A stretch of DNA of 57,517 nt from an uncultured virus (IMG/VR IMGVR_UViG_2600255157_000003) (IMGVR_UViG_2600255157_000003), one strand, 5' to 3'; shown: positions 29,153 to 38,462, numbered from the stretch's first letter. Translations and numbers: made by a program. The notes: generated by a model from the letters alone, not told the origin.

Positions 29153-29680
29153 TCATCTGCTAATATAAATCCTTACTGAATTCCCATTGTCAAAGGCTTC
29201 TATAATATTTTTTTCATTTTCCAACAATGTATATTTGATCCTGTATCTAATTCCACCATTATAAAGTTTCTCATAATAATATGAATCAAACTCCTCCATA
29301 GTCATTTCAATTTCTTTTCCGTCTTCAAATACAGTAACACTATCAATTCTATTGAATGACACATATTTTCCAGAATTAATTAACTCTTCCAATGTAACAG
29401 CTCTTTTCCTCATTCTTAACAAATGTTTTCCATAGTCATACATTGTGCAATAGCGACTTCCAATCTTTAAGTCAAATCCTCCTGATTCTTTTGCTGGTTT
29501 GCTATCTTTCATAAATCCTTCTGCATATTCAATAAAAGCATCTTCTGTATAGATTTTCCCATTCCAATCATCACGACTTCTTCCCGATGTATCATTATTA
29601 CATCCACTTAAATCCAAATGAAGCGACCGTCCATCTGATAATTTGATAATCTTTGTTTCAAAAATAATTGAATAACTCAT
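29153..29680 (-). CDS. Hypothetical protein
   Basis: Start at MSYSIIFETK. Confidence 0.65.
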   Translation of the reverse strand: MSYSIIFETKIIKLSDGRSLHLDLSGCNNDTSGRSRDDWNGKIYTEDAFIEYAEGFMKDSKPAKESGGFDLKIGSRYCTMYDYGKHLLRMRKRAVTLEELINSGKYVSFNRIDSVTVFEDGKEIEMTMEEFDSYYYEKLYNGGIRYRIKYTLLENEKNIIEAFDNGNSVRIYISR

Positions 29681-29865
29681 ATTCTTAACCATCCTTTCCA
29701 CTCTGTATTTCTCCATTTATTCGGCGTTTACAGTCACTATAAAAGGCACTAACGAATATTTCCGCTAATGCCTTCTAACTGGTTATCATTCCCGGCAACC
29801 ATCTGATCTACTGCTGATTGTGAAAATAATCCTAAATTTTGCATTGTTATTCCTCCTCGTTTATA

Positions 29866-30429
29866 TTATCCTAACCCTGCATATTCACCATAATATTTTT
29901 CACGCATTTCTTTAGCAAATTTCCCAGCTTCTTCTAATCTATCTTTTGAAAATCTTCCTAAACAAGTACCTTTTCCGTTTACTTGTAGTTGTACAATCCA
30001 TGCTGAACCATCCCAACTTACATTTCTATATCCTGATTTATTGTTGATATTTCTACTTTCTCTATTTTTCCCGTTATCAGGTACATTTGTTATTCTCAAA
30101 TTCTCTTTTCTATTATCTAATGTATTATGATTTTCATGATCTACATTAAATTCTCTTGCTGTTTTATCAAGTCCCATTATAAACTGATGCATTAATATTG
30201 TTCTTCCATGTTTTAATTCTGGTAAATATTGAGTTGCACAAGCATAATAACCTTTTGCGTTTGCGCTGTATTTTGCATACCATGTATATGGAAAATTAAT
30301 TACTTTATCTAAATCCTCCAAGTCAATTATTACCCACATATTTTCACTGTTTCTTCTATTAAGTTCAATTTTCACTATATTGTTTTCTTTGTCTACAATA
30401 TAGTTGTTACCCTTTTTGCAATTACCCAA
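29866..30429 (-). CDS. HNH-AP2 homing endonuclease
   Basis: MHQFIM, VDHENHNTLDNRKENLR, SGYRNVSW and AP2-like C-terminus. Confidence 0.9.
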   Translation of the reverse strand: MGNCKKGNNYIVDKENNIVKIELNRRNSENMWVIIDLEDLDKVINFPYTWYAKYSANAKGYYACATQYLPELKHGRTILMHQFIMGLDKTAREFNVDHENHNTLDNRKENLRITNVPDNGKNRESRNINNKSGYRNVSWDGSAWIVQLQVNGKGTCLGRFSKDRLEEAGKFAKEMREKYYGEYAGLG

Positions 30430-30457
30430 TTAATAAATCAATCCTTTCTTTAATCAA

Positions 30458-30520
30458 AATATCATTCTCTGCATTAGTGGCTTGAAACACTCTGAATAAA
30501 TCAGGCTGCATTATAATATT
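30458..30520 (-). ncRNA. Twister ribozyme (type P1)
   Basis: AAUAUUA-UAA-UGCA-GC-[CUGA..UCAG]-A-GUG-UUUCAAGC-CAC-UAA-UGCA-GAGAA-UGAUAUU: P1, P2, P3, P4 and both pseudoknots can form. Confidence 0.85.
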
Positions 30521-30715
30521 CTACAAAGTCCTGTTGACCGTTACCCATTCACAATACTGCACTCGTTCCACCATCAACCCAAAAGAGGTTTTAAGAGTTC
30601 TTTTGGTACTCTATAAAGCGCTTATTTGCTTTACAATTATATTATATAGCTTTATGGCTATATTGTCAAGTATAAAAATAGCTTTGTGGCTATTTTTATT
30701 TTCCACAAAGCTATT

Positions 30716-30931
30716 CTATATTCTTTCATCGTTAATAATAAAACTACCTTCAAACTTACATCCACATACTTCCGCAATATGTATTAGATCTGATTCCCTC
30801 CAATCATCCAACTTGAATTTTTTAGATAATGTTGGTTGAGCAACTTCTAATTTGTCAGCTAATTCCTTTTGAGTGATTCCTTTTTTTATCATAAGTATTT
30901 TTATTTTCTCTGTCATTCCTATTTTAATCAC
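30716..30931 (-). CDS. Xre/Cro HTH regulator
   Basis: GITQKELADKLEVAQPTLSKK. Confidence 0.85.
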   Translation of the reverse strand: MIKIGMTEKIKILMIKKGITQKELADKLEVAQPTLSKKFKLDDWRESDLIHIAEVCGCKFEGSFIINDERI

Positions 30932-30991
30932 CTTCTTTCATATAGCAGATAGAATATATTATAGCCTATCTGCTATATATTTTCAATATTT

Positions 30992-31222
30992 TTATCCTCT
31001 GATCATCTCAAAATCTTCCAGTTCCTTCTGTGTCAATTCCCTGTTATAGAACAACTCAGCCCATACCATACGCCCACTCACTTCCGTTCTGGTGTCATAG
31101 TTAATAAAATCCATCAAGCCGTTTTTAGGGTGTGTTCCGATACTTACAGGACGCATAACAGAATAATATTTGTTCCAATGGTATTTTTGTGCTGATTGCC
31201 TGATGTAATTATTTGTGTTCAT
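30992..31222 (-). CDS. DarA_C-like small protein
   Basis: YYS..RPVSIGT.PK...Y.RELT..EL.DFEM. Confidence 0.6.
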   Translation of the reverse strand: MNTNNYIRQSAQKYHWNKYYSVMRPVSIGTHPKNGLMDFINYDTRTEVSGRMVWAELFYNRELTQKELEDFEMIRG

Positions 31223-31232
31223 GATCCGCCTC

Positions 31233-31694
31233 CTATATTCCATTTTCATGAAAGCTATAATAACTATTTCCAACAATAACACTGTCTAACACATTTATTC
31301 CTATTAGTTTTCCAGCTTCTTTCAAACGGTTATATGATTCTATATCCTCTTTTGATGGCGTTGTATCTCCACTTGGATGGTTATGTGCAATAACAATTCC
31401 ACTTGCTCCACATAATAAGGCTTTAATAAAAATTTCCCTAGGATTGCATATTGTCATGTTTACCATTCCATGAGATATTTCAAACACGCCTAAAGGCTTT
31501 CCTTTATTATCCAATGCGATCATATATAAATATTCCTCTGTTTGTTTATTCAGCCGAAAAACAACATTGAACATTTCCGCTATCAATGATGGTGTATTCA
31601 ATGTTTCAACACCTGTACAATTACAAGATTTTTCTTTTACTAAAACATTGAGATTGTCTTGGTTTAATTCCGTTTTATATGTTGTAATTCTCAT
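31233..31694 (-). CDS. RadC-like JAB domain protein
   Basis: PREIF, AHNHPSGD..PS.ED and IGINVLD motifs. Confidence 0.9.
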   Translation of the reverse strand: MRITTYKTELNQDNLNVLVKEKSCNCTGVETLNTPSLIAEMFNVVFRLNKQTEEYLYMIALDNKGKPLGVFEISHGMVNMTICNPREIFIKALLCGASGIVIAHNHPSGDTTPSKEDIESYNRLKEAGKLIGINVLDSVIVGNSYYSFHENGI

Positions 31695-31785
31695 GTTATT
31701 ACCCTCCATTTTACAATAATAAAAGCAAATAACATTTTTACTTGTCACTTGCTTAATACTTCTATATTTATACCGTTTATTTGCA

Positions 31786-32163
31786 TTATACAGGCATTCC
31801 AACACTAACAGGTAATAATTCTTGCTTATTGTTAAAATCTACCATATAAAGCCCTTCTGAACCATCTGAACGCCTACAAAATCCATATGCTTCATTAGTC
31901 CATAAAGCACAATGTAACCGCTCTAAAATATATTCAATTCCATTCAATACAAATATTTCAGGATAATATAATTCAAGTGTTGGAATATCCGTTTGTTTAT
32001 CCTCATTTTCTGCCAATAACTGAGTACCGCTTATAGAAAAATCATTGAAATATTTCCGTGCCAGATGTAAAGCATAGTATGATGTGTCTCTGTTGTCCTT
32101 TTCATTCACATTTACATATGCCATTATATTGCTTCCAGCTTTAAATATTTTCCATGTATTCAT
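31786..32163 (-). CDS. Hypothetical protein
   Basis: 125 aa with AGGAGG RBS. Confidence 0.65.
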   Translation of the reverse strand: MNTWKIFKAGSNIMAYVNVNEKDNRDTSYYALHLARKYFNDFSISGTQLLAENEDKQTDIPTLELYYPEIFVLNGIEYILERLHCALWTNEAYGFCRRSDGSEGLYMVDFNNKQELLPVSVGMPV

Positions 32164-32409
32164 GATTATATATCCTCCTGACGTTCTTATTTATCTTATT
32201 TAAGGACTTAATGCAACGCACATACATTTTTGCATATGCGCTAATTTAAGGCTTTAAATAATCTTGTATGGTAGGTTCATCGTGGCGTTATCCCGACACC
32301 TTTATAACCGAATGGGCATGAGGATATTATTATTCTTTGCCATCGGTCACGACTCATTTAAACTTATCCAAGGTCTTGATAATGTCCTATCAAACAGTAG
32401 TTTCATTGC

Positions 32410-32640
32410 TTATCCAAACAACGGAATACATTTTCCCATTAATTCACTGTTATATGCTTCTCCGTTTACTGAATTTTCATTATTTATGCTCTCCTGTAAA
32501 TGCTGTTCGCAATATCCAGAAATTACCTTCACATCAATATAATTTCCAAGCGCCATTCTTTCTTTTGCGGTTACATATCCATGCCATCCAACCGCTTTTT
32601 TTCCACATATAACGCAATTTTCAGTTTTTAAATGTTGCAT
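32410..32640 (-). CDS. Hypothetical protein (CxxC)
   Basis: Start at MQHLKTENCVIC. Confidence 0.6.
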   Translation of the reverse strand: MQHLKTENCVICGKKAVGWHGYVTAKERMALGNYIDVKVISGYCEQHLQESINNENSVNGEAYNSELMGKCIPLFG

Positions 32641-32893
32641 TATTTTTCCTCCCTCCATGAAATACACGATTTATGCCTTTAATCTTCCATCAAAAAATCT
32701 ATCTGATTTTTAATTTCTTCTACTACCACATTATAAGATATTGCATTTATAAATAGTTTCCGTGCAAGTGTTTTAGAAATTTCTCTTTCCTCTGCAATTT
32801 GATCTATCAAATAATCTGTCACTTGTTTTAATGTGAAATTTTCTAATTCCTTCATGACTATACCTCCATAAAAAACACAAATTTGTCATTACA

Positions 32894-33169
32894 CTAAAAT
32901 GTCATAACCTTTTCCCGTGCCAGCAACAAAAATATCCCAAAAGGCAGTGCAACAAGTGAAAATGTTGCATCTCCATCCAATATAAACGGCGTTGCAATTC
33001 CGATAGCTGTCATTATTGCACCTGATAAACGTTGTTTCATATAATAAAGATGTTCTGTCCTCTGTCTGATTCTCCGTTTTGTTTCCCGGCGGTTATATTC
33101 TTTGAACCATTCTTCATAGGTATATACTGTTTCAATGGCTTCATATCCAATGCTATATATTACTCTCAT
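32894..33169 (-). CDS. Membrane protein, two C-terminal TM helices
   Basis: Hydrophobic C-terminus with DGDAT turn. Confidence 0.65.
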   Translation of the reverse strand: MRVIYSIGYEAIETVYTYEEWFKEYNRRETKRRIRQRTEHLYYMKQRLSGAIMTAIGIATPFILDGDATFSLVALPFGIFLLLAREKVMTF

Positions 33170-33269
33170 AATTTTCTTTTGTCCTCCCTCTATCTATAAT
33201 ATTTTAGCGCAATTTATAAGCACTACGAAACGGCTATAGCCTTATATTCTCCATAGCCGTTCTAACTGC

Positions 33270-33470
33270 CTACAAAATTCCATCAAGCGGATTACACAAC
33301 GCTTTCATTCCTTCATTAATTGTAATTAATCCGTGTTCTGTATTTTTCAAAATACGCTCTATGGTTTCCAGTGCCATATCTTTGTACTTTTTCTGCATCA
33401 ATTCATTATCTACATAACTTTTCCGCTGTGCATTGGCATACTCTTTCATGTATCGTGGTATTGTGTTCAT
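33270..33470 (-). CDS. Hypothetical protein
   Basis: Start at MNTIPRYMKEYA. Confidence 0.6.
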   Translation of the reverse strand: MNTIPRYMKEYANAQRKSYVDNELMQKKYKDMALETIERILKNTEHGLITINEGMKALCNPLDGIL

Positions 33471-33701
33471 GTATTTCCCTTCCTTCAAATTACAATTTTA
33501 TTGATTGCTAACACCAGTTAAAAATTAATTGAGAAAACGACTTTTCCAATTCTTTAGAATTGCTACAAATATAATCACCAATCATTTTCCCGTTTTGTAT
33601 ATGTTCCCTCTGTATTCTCCATCATTCGGATAAAAAGTAATGTCGATTTTATCAGCTTTCTTGTAATTGTCTCCATACCACATATCAATATTGATCATGC
33701 C

Positions 33702-34340
33702 CTACACCTCCACAACAAATTTTCTTTCTCCTGTCCATCCTGATTCTTTTAAAACCTTATCAGACACACCGATTCTTGCAACAAGTTCACCATTTTCAAT
33801 ATAATAACTTGTATTATCGTATTTCTGATTGAATAAAATGCAAAATTCTTTCTTCATTTCTTCAACTTTTGCCCTGCGTCTTCTGGTCAAGTCTTCATCA
33901 TAGTTGAATACATCACCGAAGTTGTACCCTTCAGAAGTGTTACATTTGTTAGTGTCCGCAAACACTCTATAACCTGCAAGATTATCAAGCACAACAATTT
34001 CATCAAAATCAGCGTTGCAATACTGATTCACAAAAGCAGTTATATTTTCTTTTGTATACTCTACTTTTTCGATTTCCTGATTGCGTTCACAGCTTAATCT
34101 TGACTTGTTGCAATCATCAATTTCCGGATCATCTGTGATATAAAAACATGCATCACAAGACAGATAATTAGGTTCTGAAACAACTTTTCCGTTTTTTTGC
34201 CGTGTATGCTTATATCCGCTTAAAAACTCAATATAGATTTTCTTTCCCTCTTTGTTTGTAAATGCCGTTCTAATTCTGCAATTTTCTACATCATTACAAG
34301 GTACACATCCAGCACCTTCAAAATATAATGTTTTCTTCAT
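33702..34340 (-). CDS. Hypothetical phage protein
   Basis: 212 aa, LYFEGAG...NCRIRTAF; GGAGG RBS. Confidence 0.7.
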   Translation of the reverse strand: MKKTLYFEGAGCVPCNDVENCRIRTAFTNKEGKKIYIEFLSGYKHTRQKNGKVVSEPNYLSCDACFYITDDPEIDDCNKSRLSCERNQEIEKVEYTKENITAFVNQYCNADFDEIVVLDNLAGYRVFADTNKCNTSEGYNFGDVFNYDEDLTRRRRAKVEEMKKEFCILFNQKYDNTSYYIENGELVARIGVSDKVLKESGWTGERKFVVEV

Positions 34341-34509
34341 AGTTTTCTTTCCTCCATCTCTTTAATCTGTTTATATACTTCTTCAGCGGTCATTCCTTCT
34401 TTTACACTTCCATCGTAAATATGATTTCCGTATTTTGTCACTTCGCACCATGTACCGCCTATGTAAATATGATATCCATTGATTGTTTTATTAATTTCTG
34501 CCATAATCT

Positions 34510-34755
34510 TTATACCTCTGCTTTCTGAATCGGTTTCATAATGCTGTTTACTGCCTGGACTGCTCCATATAACCAGCCATTAAGATAATCAATGTTGTAG
34601 CAATACTGTGTCCAGCTTCCTTGTTCTACTCTCTGTTTATCCGTAAAGATGTAAAATCCTTTTCCGTAATCTTCTTTTTCAATTTTGATATAGCCAAAAT
34701 TAGCTATGTATGCGTTCAAATTATCTTTAATGATTTCTTTCTGTCTCTTTGTCAT
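34510..34755 (-). CDS. Hypothetical protein
   Basis: NIDYLNGWLYGAVQ motif. Confidence 0.6.
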   Translation of the reverse strand: MTKRQKEIIKDNLNAYIANFGYIKIEKEDYGKGFYIFTDKQRVEQGSWTQYCYNIDYLNGWLYGAVQAVNSIMKPIQKAEV

Positions 34756-34937
34756 AATTTCCACCGTTTAACCTTCCTTAATGTTTTCTATATCTGTATT
34801 TACCTTTATGTATTTCTACTTTCTGATAAAAATAAGTGCCTCATTATCTGAAGCACTTACAACGACTACCGTTTTATAAATAACTTTTAAAATCTGATAT
34901 TCTTTAAATGATACACGTTTCATTTTTCTCTTTCCTC

Positions 34938-35010
34938 CTTATTACACTCTGCATTATGGACTTGAGACTGTCTGAAAGTTGATCAGGATTCCAGGCTGCA
35001 TTATAACAAG
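34938..35010 (-). ncRNA. Twister-like ribozyme, degenerate copy
   Basis: P1 (CUUGUUA/UAAUAAG), UAA-UGCA-GC, P3 and P2 retained; P4 and T1 have mismatches. Confidence 0.6.
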
Positions 35011-35062
35011 TAAGGCAGACGGTTTTATTTTCCATCTGCCTTTAAATATCCCTTTTATTGTC

Positions 35063-35449
35063 TCATGCCAACACACAATTATTTATATTTGTTCTCATTC
35101 CGTTATCGAGATACAAATAGTCTGCTTGCCATCTTCTATATCTATCATAAAACGGCTTTATCTCTTTTACTATTGCAACCGTTCCAATGGGAACCTTACG
35201 CCCTTTAACAACTTTTATCTGGTCTCCTTCCTGAATGACTCCAGCTCTATGTAACCATAACCGACGCACATCTTTATTAATTGGCATATACCGATATATT
35301 TGCACCTCTTCATCCTGATCAAGTCTTATATCGTCTATATCCCATGTGATTTTTGTAAAAGATTCTTGTGTATCCGGATTGTAAAATGTTCCAACGCATA
35401 CACCGCCATTATTTTCTGCCACTTTGTAAAATCCATTGTAACTATTCAT
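35063..35449 (-). CDS. Hypothetical protein
   Basis: GDQIKVVKGRKVPIGT motif. Confidence 0.65.
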   Translation of the reverse strand: MNSYNGFYKVAENNGGVCVGTFYNPDTQESFTKITWDIDDIRLDQDEEVQIYRYMPINKDVRRLWLHRAGVIQEGDQIKVVKGRKVPIGTVAIVKEIKPFYDRYRRWQADYLYLDNGMRTNINNCVLA

Positions 35450-35476
35450 ATTAAAGTCTCCCTTCAAATAATTGTT

Positions 35477-35647
35477 TTATTGATTCAGGTTAGGACACAA
35501 TCCTAAACCGCCATCAATGACAGGCACACGCCTAAAAGCGTTACGGTGTACGCAATCTTTATTATCGCACTGTGTACAGTCACATTTCTGAAATTCCTCA
35601 TAACTCATTTTCCAGTTGGTATTGTTTTCAAAGTGTTCTTTCGTCAT
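35477..35647 (-). CDS. Cys-rich 56-aa protein
   Basis: CDCTQCDNKDCVHRNAFRR.P..DGGLGLCP; AAGGGAG RBS; below track cutoff. Confidence 0.65.
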   Translation of the reverse strand: MTKEHFENNTNWKMSYEEFQKCDCTQCDNKDCVHRNAFRRVPVIDGGLGLCPNLNQ

Positions 35648-35667
35648 TATATCTTTTTTCTCCCTTC

Positions 35668-35859
35668 TTATCTCAAATAAATATCAATTTTCTTTTTCAG
35701 TTCTGAAAGCGTTCTTGCTGCATCAAATAAAGCGTTGTCTTCATCATCCGCATAAGCAGTATACACTATTGTATCTTTCTTGATTGTTCCGTCTGCATTT
35801 TCTTCATATGATTTTTCGATTTCAAAACCTTTGTACGGTTTTAATAATTTAACTGTCAT
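35668..35859 (-). CDS. Hypothetical protein
   Basis: 63 aa with AAGGAAGG RBS. Confidence 0.65.
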   Translation of the reverse strand: MTVKLLKPYKGFEIEKSYEENADGTIKKDTIVYTAYADDEDNALFDAARTLSELKKKIDIYLR

Positions 35860-35861
35860 GT

Positions 35862-37250
35862 TGTTATACCTTCCTTTTCTTCTTACTTTTATTACTTATC
35901 CATACCCACAAAAGAGACTTTTCATTTGGTCTTGATCGACTACTTTTCAAAATCCCCGTTTGCTTTATTCCAGACAGAAACCACATATTTTTGCATTCAT
36001 TCCTACTACTTGCTACTCAGGTACAAGCCTTTCACTTTTGCCCAGATGAACACTTATTTTCTGTGATATGCTAGACATGATGCACTTGTGGGACAGGATA
36101 AATAATAAATCTATGCCGTATATGTCAGGCAGCCAGACAGCGGCTTTTTAAGTTTACAGCTATAATATATAGCCTTCTTCCTTGTCGGGGGTTCGCCCGT
36201 TCAAGTTGTCGTTCTTCTGAAGGTATTCCTTGACCCTTTAACCTTCCCTTTTTCAGACATCACTATTATCGTTAATGCCCAACGGCGGTAATCATTGTAA
36301 GTGTGCTACCTGCTTTCACACAATGCCGGCACAATTTATTAATCGCATTGCCGATCTTGAGCGATCCGGGAAGTATCAGCCGTTCCCTTGCTTTTTGGGG
36401 TTCCTGGTTAACGTGTACTCTTCCCCAAACCGTCACGGGTAATTATTTTGTATCGCCACTCTAACGATATAGGGCACTTGCAAGGACTTATTCTTGTGGT
36501 GCCTTACAAGATTTTTGTTTTGGTTGTTCCGTACTAATGTAAAGAAAAAAGATACTAAACAATAGTATCTTGAAATCTGTTTTTTCTATATGTATTTATT
36601 ATCCCGCTTTGTTATAAGTCCTTGTTGCTCATGTTAGCGGTCGGGAAAAGCTTTCTGATTGATTTACGTTTTCAATCTAGCGGTATTTTCAGTTACTTGT
36701 TACAATCTCATAGCAGATTTTCACATTCAATCCTTTGCTATACTAGGCGCTTTTCCTATGCCTCAAAGACAAGTTGTAGAAACCTTGCCCGCCTTCATCG
36801 GTCGCAATACTGCACAACGTTCGTTGTTGGTCTAATTCCGTGAAGTAGATTTTTTCTGATAAAATCTTATAAATCAGACTTAAAAGTCATATGTAAAGGA
36901 ATGGATAACGTGTCCTAATTCACGATCAATTTCTCAAATTAGAATCGGCTCAAATTGATAAGATGCTATGCTGCCCAGCGATATGAGTCGTGATGTCCAG
37001 CTCATACCAGTCTACCGTCTTATAGGCTATGCTATATACGGATTCGGTCGTCTTTCAAGCATACCATCGAGAACCTATTTTATAATCACCTCCCAATTAC
37101 TTTTTTGCTCTAAGGAATTTTTGTGTGAAAACACTTGAAAAGCGAATAATGAAATGTTAGAATGATTAGTACAATCACTTTTAAGTGTTTGGGTGAAAAG
37201 TCGGTGATTACTTTGGTCGGTAGCAACCGGCTTTTCGTATTTCCTTAACT
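35862..37250 (-). ncRNA. Candidate long structured non-coding RNA or leader (about 1.4 kb)
   Basis: No credible ORF, higher GC, many hairpins, upstream minus-strand promoter; strand not certain. Confidence 0.45.
37135..37236 (+). ncRNA. Candidate antisense sRNA
   Basis: TTGAAA-17-TAGAAT (37135-37163) followed by hairpin 37195-37236. Confidence 0.5.
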
Positions 37251-37256
37251 GTATTT

Positions 37257-37285
37257 ATCTTACCACATTTAAAAATGATCGTCAA
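37257..37285 (-). promoter_or_regulatory. Sigma-A promoter
   Basis: TTGACG-17-TAAGAT with TG extended -10. Confidence 0.7.
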
Positions 37286-37296
37286 TCGTTTTTTGT

Positions 37297-37524
37297 TTAT
37301 TTTTTAAAATTATTTTCGATTACTATTTTTGCATCATAACCAATAATATTTAAAATCCTGTTTGCATCGTCAAGGGAAAAGTTCTTTTTACTCATTAAAC
37401 GATTGAAATTTTGATTTGAAATACCCATTTTTTCAGACAACCATATCTTTTTAATACCGTTATCGTCTATTATTTTTTCTATGGCTTGTGCAAGCTCTTG
37501 ATTTGTTTTAATTGTCAATTTCAA
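37297..37524 (-). CDS. Xre/Cro HTH regulator
   Basis: GIKKIWLSEKMGISNQNFNRLM. Confidence 0.8.
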   Translation of the reverse strand: MKLTIKTNQELAQAIEKIIDDNGIKKIWLSEKMGISNQNFNRLMSKKNFSLDDANRILNIIGYDAKIVIENNFKK

Positions 37525-37600
37525 TTCCCCCTATATCATAAAAGGGTGCTCAACTGATAGACCTTGCACCCTTTTTATTTGCTATTATTCAATTCTGTTT

Positions 37601-37792
37601 TTACTCTTTGATCTCGTCAATTTCTGTCAGGTTAACGCCGGAAACATTAAGTAATGCTTTTAAAGTTTGATATTCTTTCTTTAATTCTGCATATGTTTCA
37701 GTGGCGTTTTCTTTTTTAGCTAATCTCATATACATTTGGATTTTTTTGAAATCATCAAGTGCAGTTTTTGTTACTTCGATACCAGATGGCAT
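37601..37792 (-). CDS. Small helical protein, related to 39120-39287
   Basis: GGGAGGTGA RBS; C-terminal L...GVNLTEI. Confidence 0.7.
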   Translation of the reverse strand: MPSGIEVTKTALDDFKKIQMYMRLAKKENATETYAELKKEYQTLKALLNVSGVNLTEIDEIKE

Positions 37793-38027
37793 ATATATTC
37801 ACCTCCCAATTATGAAACACATTGTTGTATCATATTTAGTATATCATAACTGGAATGCAAAGTCTATTAATTTTCTAACACTTCATTATTCACTTTCCAA
37901 GGTACACAATTGTTACTTCTTTTCGCCCTTCAGGTAATACACATTGTCTTGTGTAAGCACTTCATAAGGATTTATTGACACTATCATATAAAATGTTGTC
38001 CCTGTTGGATTTTAGGATTGTATTTCT

Positions 38028-38086
38028 ATCCCGACTACCCTTGTTTGGGTAGTTTCGTCTTAATTTTCAAAGACTCTTCAGGGGAT
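38028..38086 (-). ncRNA. Hammerhead ribozyme (type I)
   Basis: AUCCC-CUGAAGA-GUCUU..AAGAC-GAAA-CUACCC..GGGUAG-UC-GGGAU: canonical core, three stems, GUC cleavage triplet. Confidence 0.92.
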
Positions 38087-38407
38087 TTATTTTACTACTC
38101 TTGTACAGAAATAATAATTGTAACCGTCTTTATACTCTATTTCATCGGTATCTTTGTTTATTTGACTTGCACCAAATACTTCTTCAACTTCTACGAAGAA
38201 ACCGCCTTCACTGCCTTTTGGTGTGCAATTAAGTAAATCTATCGCATCCTGTTTACCTTTTGTCATGAATGTTTGAACTTCACATGGGCAAATATTTTTC
38301 ATCAATCTTGCTATATCATGCATAACACCATTAAGCGTTTTTGCACTGCTATAGCCGTCTATAATTAGTGTTTCTGGTCTATCTATGATACCTACGAATG
38401 TTGTCAT
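38087..38407 (-). CDS. Hypothetical protein, first gene of leftward arm
   Basis: AAGGAGG RBS, 106 aa. Confidence 0.7.
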   Translation of the reverse strand: MTTFVGIIDRPETLIIDGYSSAKTLNGVMHDIARLMKNICPCEVQTFMTKGKQDAIDLLNCTPKGSEGGFFVEVEEVFGASQINKDTDEIEYKDGYNYYFCTRVVK

Positions 38408-38462
38408 GGTGTGTTTGTCCTCCTTGTGTGGTTGTTTTTGTTTGGTTGTTTGTGTGACCTTG

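Larger units (their letters stand above)
13937..32673. repeat. Dispersed 16-bp quasi-palindrome TRAAA-N6-WTTYA at gene junctions (also at 1353, 1828, 2132)
   Basis: About 25 copies including degenerate ones, e.g. 17358 TGAAAaccggaTTTCA, 19118 TAAAAtcaagtTTTCA, 28302 TAAAAtcctgaTTTCA; 10 end exactly on the upstream gene's stop codon. Confidence 0.8.

Noticed and set aside
15261..33547. Weaker junction-motif candidates at 15261, 16549, 18292, 22838, 32869 and 33532
   Set aside because: Too many mismatches or wrong spacer length for AT-rich DNA; not counted
35477..35560. Hammerhead-like string (UUGAUGGC...stem...GAAU) on the minus strand
   Set aside because: Core is non-canonical and the sequence is the C-terminus of a credible 56-aa ORF (35477-35647)
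36622..36843. 73-aa + strand ORF in the long non-coding region
   Set aside because: No RBS, TTG start, atypical composition, against local gene orientation
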